IMG/VR virus record: IMGVR_UViG_3300032224_001432
Span: 1-56,753 of that record
DNA length: 56,753 nt
Origin: a virus
Lineage: Duplodnaviria > Caudoviricetes
Strand: one strand, 5' to 3'
The notes beneath the pieces are model-generated. The model worked only from the letters and a program-made list of their open reading frames with translations. It was not told where the DNA came from and did no database searches. The translations under genes were made by a program, and so were the position numbers. Of the stretch, positions 9,555 to 19,700 are shown in pieces (positions within the stretch are counted from its first letter, which is position 1; every line of letters begins with the position of its first letter).

Positions 9555-10489
9555 TGGCTAATGTAAAGGTTTCCGCCAGAACAGCATTACTACCCGGTGG
9601 TGCACCGGTAGCAGGCGTAAATATAGCGCTGTACGCTACGGTAGCCCCGTATGCCAAATTGACTTCAGCCTTCACTGCCGCTAACGGCGAAGCTGCTCTT
9701 GGAGATAGACCTGTAGGTACGTATGAGATATACGTAACCACCAACGCAGGACAAGTCTCTGAGAGTGGAAACAGAATCACGGTTACAGTGGTTGATGCAA
9801 ACCCACATGTATTCGACGTGATAATAAATACTAGTGCATTGCCCACGGCAACTGACGCAAAATTCTGTCGTTGCTCTGGGTACGTCGTTGACTTGTTTGG
9901 ACGCCCTGTGCCTTACGCGACAGTAGTTTTTTCTGAGTCAGCTATTCCTAATCTTCTGTATTCGGCTGGTACGGGAACTTCTAGAGTAGTGTCTCCTAAA
10001 CTGCTAACAGCAGACGCAGACTCTGCAGGATGGCTGTCTGTTGACTTACTCAAGAACGCCACGTATGCCGTTACGTTTTCAGGTTATGAAAACGCTACGT
10101 GGACGATAACCGTGCCTAATCTATCGTCATCATCATTACCAGACGTTTTATTTCCAGTAATATCGGGTGTGTATTACTCAAATAGCGGAGTTACTCTGAG
10201 CCCGTCTAGTGCTCCAACTCTTTCTATGAGTGTCGGTCAAGAAAAAGAACTAGTTATCACTACCCAATACTTGAGTGGCCTACAAATTTCATCTACGAAA
10301 GACGTTTCTTTTACTTCGTCCGATGAAAATAAACTGGTTGTACTATTGACGGACACCTCTATTACTCTGCAAGCTATTGCCGCCGGCGTAGTTACAGTAG
10401 GGGTCAGTAGACGTGAAGAAAAAGAAACGCAAGCCTCAATCTTCGACGCCCCCTCCGTTTGGGGGACTTTATCCGTCACAGTCTCCTGA
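9554..10489 (+). CDS. Virion structural protein: prealbumin-like domains plus C-terminal bacterial Ig-like domain
   Basis: PVAGVNIALY...TAANGEA...GTYEI; GRPVPYATVVF...DADSAGWLSVDL; VSFTSSDENKLVV; similar to 7786-8970. Confidence 0.5.
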   Translation: MANVKVSARTALLPGGAPVAGVNIALYATVAPYAKLTSAFTAANGEAALGDRPVGTYEIYVTTNAGQVSESGNRITVTVVDANPHVFDVIINTSALPTATDAKFCRCSGYVVDLFGRPVPYATVVFSESAIPNLLYSAGTGTSRVVSPKLLTADADSAGWLSVDLLKNATYAVTFSGYENATWTITVPNLSSSSLPDVLFPVISGVYYSNSGVTLSPSSAPTLSMSVGQEKELVITTQYLSGLQISSTKDVSFTSSDENKLVVLLTDTSITLQAIAAGVVTVGVSRREEKETQASIFDAPSVWGTLSVTVS

Positions 10490-10796
10490 CCTGATACTAG
10501 GCACAGTTTCTGCTAGCAATACTGATATACCATGGTTCCTGCGTCTATATGCGCAGGTAATAAGGCGTGCAGTAGTAGATTACGTCTTATACTATGGCCA
10601 CCCGTTGGAGAAACTCGGGCAGATAGGTGACGAGGCGTATGAGTGGTTGTTTAACGATAACCAAGATTTTATCGATGTATGCACATATCTAGAGATTGCT
10701 CCTTACGCTATAAGAGAACAAACACTAGGAATGTCAGAGGAAGACGCCCGCGCCCTGCGAGGACTAGATTTTGAAGATGACCCAGTGGGGGTGTGA
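10413..10796 (+). CDS. Small helical phage protein of unknown function (start uncertain)
   Basis: LYAQVIRRAVVDY...AYEWLF...FIDVCTYLEIAP pattern recalled from small phage proteins; fills the gap in the operon. Confidence 0.5.
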   Translation: MKKKKRKPQSSTPPPFGGLYPSQSPDLILGTVSASNTDIPWFLRLYAQVIRRAVVDYVLYYGHPLEKLGQIGDEAYEWLFNDNQDFIDVCTYLEIAPYAIREQTLGMSEEDARALRGLDFEDDPVGV

Positions 10797-12154
10797 TGTC
10801 TACGTACACCGAAGAAGAGGTACAAGCCAGGATCACCAAGCTCATACCTAGCGAGGCTAGTTTAGACAGAAGTCGCTACGTGGACGGTGATGACCTGCTC
10901 GATAGCTTGAAAGAGCGCGTAGCAAGATGCGTGTACTCTAGAATCGAAGCACCATACTACTTCGCCTACCTAGCCGGAATAAAAATTCTGGAGGACTTAA
11001 GTACGGTAAGTGCCGCGCTGTCTGATATTGATAGGTGTATTCCAGCCATGCGCATCACAATACCGACGGTGGTCATAGACTTAGATACTATTTCTTACTC
11101 AGTGGATTCAGCGCTAAATGCGGAAACAGATGTAATCGCTTCTGCCAAAATAGCGCTATTAACATCTAAAATACGCACCGCGGCGCAGTCTGTTAGCAAA
11201 CCTGTGTTCGACTCGGTCCAAGCCGAACCCATACTAGTTAGGGCACTAGCTACGATAAAGACAAATCTTACGTCTATAAGAGATAGAACATATTATCTAA
11301 CGCAGCTATTACAGAGAGTAAGTAGCGCAAATCTTCTTTACTGGGTGCAGCGGAGGCAGTTGAAGAGCGTATCTCGTACGTTATATAACTCTTCAAACAC
11401 AGACCCCAGCACGATACTAGATCTGGTACTATCCACGTCTCTCTTAGACGTAAAGACCAATCTGTCTATAGATTTCAAAGCTAATAAATACTACGGAGGC
11501 GTAGTACCAGGCACACCTACTAATCGATACACCTTATCAGGAACCGTACCAACGGGACAATTAGCTATCAGAAAAGGCGACATACTTCACACGGGAAATC
11601 CTCTTACAGGGTACGTAATAAACTCCTACTCTAACGGCATACTATACTTGGAAACTGCCGTTGGTCCTGGAGCTGTGAACGCGTATGTATCTTCTTCAGC
11701 AGTAGTCTCTTATCAGACCCTGCTGCCACAACTAGAAGCTGCGATAACAGCGCTGAACGCCGCCGTTGATTCAGATTTTGTCTCAAAAGCTGGACTAACT
11801 GCTTACGGGAATACCGGATACTCTGAATACAACGCCGCACGCCTTGCCTTAATAGCAGGACTATCGGCTTTACAAGGCGCGTTAGGCGCCTTTTCAGTAT
11901 CTTTAGTTGATGAAGTTAAAGCTCTTGTAGAAAGTTTTAGAGAAGAGCGCCTATTTTCTGTGCTTGCGCTTCTTGAGACTTTGGATTTCGTAGCAATAAC
12001 AGAATCAGGCGCTGACGGGTTCTCCCTGTCGTCAACGGCCAAGGATTTGCTTGAGCAGTTGGCTACTCAGTTTGGTGCAGAAACCCCAGATGCTTACGTG
12101 CATGATAGCGATCCTCTGTATGACGAACTGGTACAACGGAGAATCACCAAATGA
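10793..12154 (+). CDS. Hypothetical structural-region protein (mostly helical)
   Basis: 453-aa ORF with overlapping start/stop coupling at both ends. Confidence 0.55.
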   Translation: MMSTYTEEEVQARITKLIPSEASLDRSRYVDGDDLLDSLKERVARCVYSRIEAPYYFAYLAGIKILEDLSTVSAALSDIDRCIPAMRITIPTVVIDLDTISYSVDSALNAETDVIASAKIALLTSKIRTAAQSVSKPVFDSVQAEPILVRALATIKTNLTSIRDRTYYLTQLLQRVSSANLLYWVQRRQLKSVSRTLYNSSNTDPSTILDLVLSTSLLDVKTNLSIDFKANKYYGGVVPGTPTNRYTLSGTVPTGQLAIRKGDILHTGNPLTGYVINSYSNGILYLETAVGPGAVNAYVSSSAVVSYQTLLPQLEAAITALNAAVDSDFVSKAGLTAYGNTGYSEYNAARLALIAGLSALQGALGAFSVSLVDEVKALVESFREERLFSVLALLETLDFVAITESGADGFSLSSTAKDLLEQLATQFGAETPDAYVHDSDPLYDELVQRRITK

Positions 12155-12519
12155 ACGAGCTATCTAAAGAGCAGCTGCAGCGAAGACAGCGGCAGACAGC
12201 AGACACTTTTTCTCAGGCCGTAGACTTTATAAATACCTACATTCGCGCCCAAGATTACTTTGTAGGATATACGACACTAGAAGCTATAAATGAGCGTATA
12301 AGCCAAATAGGTGAGGACGAAACCTCAACTACTGAGTCGTATAATGGACGCCTTACCAAATTAGCGGCGCTGAATCTTTTCGAGGCCAACGTTCTGGACG
12401 CCCTTCAAGGAGCTAAAGAGCTAGGAGCCATTGACGTAGCATCGTATGATAATGGCGTCAGCGGAGTCATCGAGGACGAATACGTAATTCCAATCCTTAA
12501 CAATGACAAAACTGCGTAA
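12151..12519 (+). CDS. Hypothetical protein
   Basis: ATGA-coupled in-operon ORF. Confidence 0.5.
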   Translation: MNELSKEQLQRRQRQTADTFSQAVDFINTYIRAQDYFVGYTTLEAINERISQIGEDETSTTESYNGRLTKLAALNLFEANVLDALQGAKELGAIDVASYDNGVSGVIEDEYVIPILNNDKTA

Positions 12520-12527
12520 GGGTACAG

Positions 12528-13397
12528 ATGCTAGACGTCCAGGCTATTTACTTACGAGATACTGTACCAGCGAAAATGGTTCGTGGCGTTCTGGCTTTGT
12601 CGTACGAGACGCCCACTGACGGCACACCGATAGAGGCCTTCGTAGATGGACAAAGCACCGTATTTCTGAATAATAAAAATGGAAAAACTTTTATAGTAGT
12701 TCCTCCTGTTGGCTCTAAACAGAGTGGTTGGTCTGTTGCTCTAAATATAGCCACTGCTGGCGGACTCATAGTTAGACGTGGTTTTGGCGCTGAAAGTAAA
12801 CCAGTGCTCGCACTGCTAATAGCGATAACCATAAAAAAGTCTGGTTCTATTGCCGAAGTGTGGGTCAACTCGCAGTCTAGAACGTTCACACAAACTAGTG
12901 GTGATACGGTTCTCTGCGAGCCACCGGACAACCTAACCTCTATAGACTCAATAGAAGTTCTTACTGATAGTCCCACAATAGGAACAGCTACCGGGTTTAC
13001 ATATGCACTACAAGACAACTTAAAAACCGTAGCCGGTGCGCAGAAACTGGTGTTTCAGTTTGTGAAGCTTCTCATGACTACGCAGGGCACTGACCTATTC
13101 CACCAAGCCGAAGGCGGTAATTTGCAAAAAATACCGGGCATGCCTTTAGAGCAGGACGGTGCTGGATCACTAGGCGCACAGATATTATTGGCTGTTAATA
13201 GAACTACTGCCTACATGATAGGCGGCCAGACATTAACATCCTTACCAGCCGAAGAGCGCCTAACTAAGGCAACCATAGGAAATCTAATCTACGATAGAAA
13301 CGACCCAACTAGCGTTACCGTTTCTTTACGGCTAGAGAACTTGGCCAGAGAATCAGCTGTATTCAATTTTTTGACTAAGACGGCCGGAGGAAACTAA
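12528..13397 (+). CDS. Baseplate wedge/sheath initiator with C-terminal gp25 (GPW)-like domain
   Basis: QKLVFQFVKLLMTTQGTDLFHQAEGGNL...EERL...VTVSLRL; immediately precedes the J-like gene. Confidence 0.65.
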   Translation: MLDVQAIYLRDTVPAKMVRGVLALSYETPTDGTPIEAFVDGQSTVFLNNKNGKTFIVVPPVGSKQSGWSVALNIATAGGLIVRRGFGAESKPVLALLIAITIKKSGSIAEVWVNSQSRTFTQTSGDTVLCEPPDNLTSIDSIEVLTDSPTIGTATGFTYALQDNLKTVAGAQKLVFQFVKLLMTTQGTDLFHQAEGGNLQKIPGMPLEQDGAGSLGAQILLAVNRTTAYMIGGQTLTSLPAEERLTKATIGNLIYDRNDPTSVTVSLRLENLARESAVFNFLTKTAGGN

Positions 13398-16300
13398 TGG
13401 CTACGATTTCAGCTCGCGCTGAATTAGCGCAGTTCATGGTCGAACGTCTAGCTGAGCTAGACCCTACTCTGGCTACAACCGCCGGATCTCGTATTTATAC
13501 GGTGGTAATAAATCCACTGCTGAACAGACTAGGAGAAGATCCATTAGCTACGGATATGGAGTCCTTCATCCTAGCACGTATGCGAGATGTCTATCCTGAT
13601 ATAGATATCAATTCGCCCGGGTCAGTAGTTAGAGATATTTTTGTAAATCCTCTGCTGCTCTTGATGACACCGCTGCGAGAGGAAATAGCACATCTACGTA
13701 GGCAACAGTCGCTAGCGGACTATACCACGTTGTCAGACGTTGAGATGGACGCTCTGCTGTCCAATGTCCTAGCGTCACGTAATACGGGTTCTTTTGCTTA
13801 CGGCACTATACGCGTGTTCTTTTCCACTACCCGTGTAGTTGGCGTAGACGCCTCTATCCTATTTACCACGTCTGCAGGACAGGTATTTGTAGCTGATGAG
13901 ACTCGCCAATTCTTACCATCAGAGATGGTACGCCAAGGAAATCTTTGGTACATAGAAGTTGCTGCGAGATCTCAAACCCCGTCTACTTCATCCAACGTAG
14001 CGGCGGGCACTCCGTTTACCGTCACAGGCATAGATGGAGTAGTTAGAGCCGCCAACCCCACGGCCATCTCCGGCGGCGTTGACTCAGAGACTAATACACA
14101 GTTTTACGAGAGAGCGCTTACTGCCATAACTGAGCGCTCTCTAAATACTGAACGCGGTATCCAATCGTTTATATTCGACAACTCCACCAACATTGTCTCT
14201 GTAGATGTTGTCGGATTTGGCGACCCTTTAATGCAGCGCGACATATTGACTGCCAACGCCCCGGTTCAAATTACTGGTGTACCCGGCGGTGTGCCGTTTC
14301 CAGCTATTACCGGTGTTCCGGTAACAGTAAATCCTAATCAGGTGCATATAGGCGGAGCCACTGACATCTACGTTAAGACTGGACAAACTGCGTCCAACAC
14401 TGCCGCCGGACTATACCTTACGTCCGACAACATATCTGGTACCGTAAAAACTATTTCCATCACAGCGGGTAGCAACGTAGTTACTTCAACAGGTCTGGGC
14501 ACTTTACTAGGATTCTCTATTCCAGGAGTGTCGGTAATACCTTCTGGTACGTACACTTTAGAGCTAGAGAACCTAGACGCTAGCGGCATATCGCCATTAG
14601 CCGTCAAGATAGTAGCTGCTACTGGCGCCAATACTGTACGGGTGGATTCTGCCTTCGCCGGATTCGCTGGAGTTATGTCTGGCGTGCGTGCCCGTTTACA
14701 AACTTATGTGGACGTAGAGCTCACCTACCCAAAGAGAGTGTTGCAGGACGGTTTGATAAACACCGTTGCGGGCTCTCCCACTGTTACGTTGGTTCCTCCT
14801 AGTGTAAATACGTTTGTAAACAACCCCGCTAGCGAAGAGATCTATTTAGAGATACTGGGCACTGCGCTAGCCGGTGAATATAAAATACAAACCAAATTAG
14901 CTAGCCAGCTTGTGCTGAGCCAGGTATTGGGTATTACGCTTAATAATGTGCAGTACCGTATCTATACCAAGCAAGACGCTAAGTTCAATTTACCTATCAC
15001 TCAGTTAAAGAGCGTAACGATAAGCGATGGCGGCACGGGGGTTAAAATACCCTATGCCGATCCTATACATATCTCAGTAGCTTCTCCAGCCTCTAGACTA
15101 GCCAATCCAATAACATACGCTGATTTTGGTGCCTGTTCCGTCACAGGGACAACGTTATCGTGTACAGCGCCTAACTCGTTTCTTGTTCATGGATTACAGC
15201 AGGGAGATCTGGTGTACATACCAGAGATGATCCCTCTAAGCCAGAGTCCTTACTTCTATATAGTCAATATTACAGGAGCGACAACTATACAGCTAGACCA
15301 CGCTGTAGTTGGTGGTCCCATCGCTACTACTCAACTACTAATAGGTAGTCCTACGGTTAGCAGCACCACGTTGACTTTTATGGACCCCACCTTCTTCGAG
15401 GCTAAGAACACCTCAGTAGTGTTTACGCACACTAACGCTGCGGGAGAGGTTTACGATTTTGAACCTTCTAAAAACGTGGAAGGTTATCTTTATGCCCCAA
15501 CTGCGCTATCCACAACGTTTGTTGTAGACCCTGCAGTCAATACTCTTGTCAGTGCCGGTACGCATGACTTGCATGACATGGGCGTAAAAACTGGAGATAT
15601 CTTTGAGATACAGAGCATAGTACTAGACTCAGGTACATTTAACGCGGCGGAAGACGCAAACGTAGACGTAGGCGGTGCTCCTAATGTAGGACTATCAGTT
15701 CTGAACGTTACAGTAGATGGAATCGTAAAGCCTGTATTTTTCTCACAGATCAATCCTAGCCTAACGTCAGTCGTCTCCACTCTAAATCAGCAGCTAGGAG
15801 CTGACTTATATGCTGAACGGATAACTGTAGGCGCTAATAAGCAGCTACGCATATTTTCTAGAAAACACATAGTTTTAGCCAACGGCGTCGGCTCACCGTT
15901 AACCCACTTAAAATTGACGGGCGCTACTGACAACAGCCCTGCGGGCGTGGGCGGTGAGTTTTCAATCAGTGCCGTAGCAGCCAACGGATCTTCCGTTACT
16001 CTGTCCTCAGGAATAGGAGCCAGTGGACTGTCCAAGTCTGTATTAGTAAGAATAAAAAGACTGGGGACGCAGTACATATACCCGGCTAATATGACCTTGC
16101 AGGACAATGGTCTGTATACGGCTACTATTCAAGTGGCGTCGAAAATACCTATTTCTTTTGGCAAAGTACTAGCGAACGCAGAATGCGTTGGCTCTGGGTA
16201 TGTCTCTAGATACGGATACACGTTCAACGTAGCAAACCCAGAGTACGCGTTTTCTATTGGAGAGCAGCTATTTCTGCGAGTTTACAACCTAGTATTTCCA

Positions 16301-16756
16301 TCGACGGCTGTGTCCTTAGAGGAAGCTATCGTTGTGCCTAAAACGACTGTGGCGGTAGAGTACGAAAATGCTCCGGAGATATCTACGTTGCAGCAGGCCA
16401 TGTTGCGTAGAAGTTTACGCGTAACATGCAATAACCCGCTGATTAAATACTACCAACCGGCGTACCCGGTCATAGGTATACGGTACCAGGGGTTAGAAGA
16501 AGTAGAGACCGTCCGCACTAGTCTTCTAAACCTGATTGTTCGGCTATACCCAAACAATCCTTTAGAAGTTTATGACGTTTTAGCTGAAATAGGCAAACTA
16601 CGTGTGGATACAGTAGTAGGTCCGCTAGAAGTAGGGTATCTTACGATTGACAAGAACAGAACGCTGCGCTTGTTCAAATCTTTCGACCAAGTATCTATAG
16701 CGAGATCGTTCCATATTATGGGCGAACTAGACTACGTAGTGGTAACACGAGGGTAA
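13397..16756 (+). CDS. Baseplate wedge protein J-like (T4 gp6-like) with inserted beta domains
   Basis: PGSVVRDIF...MDALLSNVLASR...AYGTIRVFF...NPTAISGGVDSETNTQFYERA, the baseplate-J signature. Confidence 0.8.
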   Translation: MATISARAELAQFMVERLAELDPTLATTAGSRIYTVVINPLLNRLGEDPLATDMESFILARMRDVYPDIDINSPGSVVRDIFVNPLLLLMTPLREEIAHLRRQQSLADYTTLSDVEMDALLSNVLASRNTGSFAYGTIRVFFSTTRVVGVDASILFTTSAGQVFVADETRQFLPSEMVRQGNLWYIEVAARSQTPSTSSNVAAGTPFTVTGIDGVVRAANPTAISGGVDSETNTQFYERALTAITERSLNTERGIQSFIFDNSTNIVSVDVVGFGDPLMQRDILTANAPVQITGVPGGVPFPAITGVPVTVNPNQVHIGGATDIYVKTGQTASNTAAGLYLTSDNISGTVKTISITAGSNVVTSTGLGTLLGFSIPGVSVIPSGTYTLELENLDASGISPLAVKIVAATGANTVRVDSAFAGFAGVMSGVRARLQTYVDVELTYPKRVLQDGLINTVAGSPTVTLVPPSVNTFVNNPASEEIYLEILGTALAGEYKIQTKLASQLVLSQVLGITLNNVQYRIYTKQDAKFNLPITQLKSVTISDGGTGVKIPYADPIHISVASPASRLANPITYADFGACSVTGTTLSCTAPNSFLVHGLQQGDLVYIPEMIPLSQSPYFYIVNITGATTIQLDHAVVGGPIATTQLLIGSPTVSSTTLTFMDPTFFEAKNTSVVFTHTNAAGEVYDFEPSKNVEGYLYAPTALSTTFVVDPAVNTLVSAGTHDLHDMGVKTGDIFEIQSIVLDSGTFNAAEDANVDVGGAPNVGLSVLNVTVDGIVKPVFFSQINPSLTSVVSTLNQQLGADLYAERITVGANKQLRIFSRKHIVLANGVGSPLTHLKLTGATDNSPAGVGGEFSISAVAANGSSVTLSSGIGASGLSKSVLVRIKRLGTQYIYPANMTLQDNGLYTATIQVASKIPISFGKVLANAECVGSGYVSRYGYTFNVANPEYAFSIGEQLFLRVYNLVFPSTAVSLEEAIVVPKTTVAVEYENAPEISTLQQAMLRRSLRVTCNNPLIKYYQPAYPVIGIRYQGLEEVETVRTSLLNLIVRLYPNNPLEVYDVLAEIGKLRVDTVVGPLEVGYLTIDKNRTLRLFKSFDQVSIARSFHIMGELDYVVVTRG

Positions 16757-16760
16757 TTAA

Positions 16761-19700
16761 ATGCCTTTTCCAGCCTCACCGCAGTTCAACATTTTCGACT
16801 GGAATCCGCGCGCGTTGTCTGCTGTGGATGGCTCTTCTCTGGCTGGGTCTGCTGCCACAGGCATGATTACCGCAGGTGTGATAAACGGCAAGTTTTTCTC
16901 TAATGCTGAATATCTCGCGCTGTTTGCAGACTCTAAGGTAAATAACAATGGCGTAGCCATCACGTCATTTTCTATACCGCTAGCCCCCGTAGGCAACTTC
17001 TTTACCTTGGAACTAGAACTAGCGCTAGCTAATGACATTCCAGATTCATGGACAGAGGACAACCAGCATATTTTTATTAGCTTAAATAATAACCCTACTC
17101 CAGGTGTGGGCTTCTTTGCTACCAAGAAGGGGTTGTACTTAGCTAATAGTCTGACTGATAAGAATCCCACTCTTTTATCAGGCTCCGATAAGTTCTTCAC
17201 GGACGCCAAAGGAAACCCGCAGTCGTTTGTAATACGCGCTATCGGGGACAATACCACTGGTAGAGTGGCGTTCTACATGGCTACTGCCGACGCGGCATAC
17301 GACGAAGAAAACGGCGCCAACTGGTGGCTATATCCTGACCTTTCCCTAATACACAACTTCCAGATCAAACCCAGCACCGGCGCTCTTACCGCTTTCTCCA
17401 TACTTCTAGAGGCTAAGCAGGGTACAGAACTGTCGGTAATTATGTATTCGGCTCGACTAGCTGACACACTGCTTACTCCTGTATTCAGACCGGTAGCCAT
17501 AATAGACGCTACTTGGCAGGCTGTTGTTGGAAAAGCAATAACTCTTTCAGGTAAAAATAGCTACGACAAATACGGCGCAGCTATCACTTATGACTGGCAC
17601 ATAGAGCATGCCCCTAAGGGCTCGACAGCCATACTACAAGGCGCTACGCGTGCTTCTGCCACGTCTGTAGTAGGACCGGTTACTGACAAGGATTTCGTAG
17701 TATTCAGCAAGAACTACACTAGCAAAGACAACCTAAAAACAGTAACCGTATTAGGCACCAATCCTCCTAATCAAAGCCTATCCCTTGTGGTGCTGGATAC
17801 AGGATTGGTAATTAAGCCTGATACAGACGCTCTAGGAAACATAATCACTACTGCGCTACAACTATCAGTAGCCAGTAAGAACTTCCTATCCGCGGCCTAC
17901 ACCGACGCACTGGCTGAAAACTACGTTATAGAGCTGGCGTCCCCACTATTCGCAGGAAACGGAGTTATCGTATCGGGCACGTACGCCTTCTCTGGTGGCA
18001 CAGGTTCGTATATCGATACGCCTGTGTTTATACCAGACTTGCCTGGACCCTACGTCTTTTCTCTTAGAGTAAATAACGGTGTTACTTACGGCGCTAAGGT
18101 GTTATTCACCGTCTCGATAACGCAGACGGACGAAATGCTTGGAGAAATACCGGACGGCAACTATATCTTTAAGTATCTACCTGACTTCTGGAACCTAGTA
18201 AAAAATAAAGAGCAGTTGGCTGTTATATGGGCAGCCATAACCCAAGTACTCACCGGCGACTTAGTGCAAGCGTGGCAGAACGATTATTCCAAATCTATTA
18301 GAGATATTAGTAGAAAATACCAGCGCCGCTGGACCAGTTTCCCTAACAAGGTAATACCGGCGACCAATTATATTTACGGATACGACCCAATCAAGGTAAC
18401 CATAACAGACGTAGTCGCTAGTACTGCTCTAGATGTAACCGGCTACACAACAAAGACCGCTACCATACTTGGGCCTAGTGCGTCACCAATATCTACTGGA
18501 TTAGTCCTATGTCGCGCTAACGACAACTACCCCACGGTAGTTGAAATAAACAAGATCACCGCGGCAGGAGCTAACTGGACAGTACAGTCGACCAGTTCAG
18601 ACCTACCTGTATGCAGAAAACTGTTAGGCGGCTTTGCTCTACAAAATGTAGGCGTTAATACATATACAGACGCCTCGTACAACTTCTCAAAGTCTGCTGC
18701 GCAAAGTGACTACGTTAGAACAGTAGCGCCCTCTGGTGAGAAAGACGTTAAGATGATAACCGCGCTACCAGCGGCTACTGGATATGTAACCACGGCAGCA
18801 GCGTTAACTGATGTATTTACCGACAAGCAGACTACGTGGGAAATAGTACGCAAGGTACGAAACGTACGTCTTACTGTTATGCCGTACTTCGTATTCGAGG
18901 ACGGCACAACAGACTACGAGCTTCAGATAGGTGACATGGCAGTGGTGGCACTGCTTAGCCCTTACTCGTCTACAGAGTTAAACATATCGTGCACCGTTCT
19001 TGCCGTGTCAACAAAAGCGGTTTTCGTCGACTTGACTCCAGTTATAGACGCTCTTAATACCGAGGCTAAGGAAGACGATATCAACCCTAATAAAATATGG
19101 ACCGACTACGAGATAGCGGAACGCGCAGTATCTATCGCGTACTTCTTGAGAACACGAAGATCAAGAAAAGTTATTGATTTAGTCGCTGTTCCTAAACTGG
19201 GTAAGAGCACTACATCAGCTGAGTATGTAGAAAACAGAGACTTTACCGTTTCAGATGAGCGTGTACATATAACGCCTCTTTTGACCGGCACTGCATCAAT
19301 GGTTGCCAATTTCAAGGATATAACAACATCGAGCACCGATGGTTGGTATTCTCTCCCTGCTCTGCCTACTTTAGATGACCTATACGAGGCGGCAGGAGAA
19401 ACCGATACTTCGATTCCTTTTTACGTATTACTAGAGACCGGCACGATGGCTGGTCTATACGAAGTGTCGACGCTAAACGGTAACCACATAGCCGTAACAA
19501 GCAACTTTGCCCGCATTGAGTCGTCGACATTTTCCATAAACAGATATCGCGGCAAGAACGTGCCGCCAGATAATCATTGGGCAGAAGTAAGCTTTTACGA
19601 CAACTGGCGAGCCATAGAAGGTAACTTCGGTTTGATGGTTGGACTGCCTAAGCAATATATTCTGGATGATAACGTTCAGGTCGATTACTTGACCCTTGTT

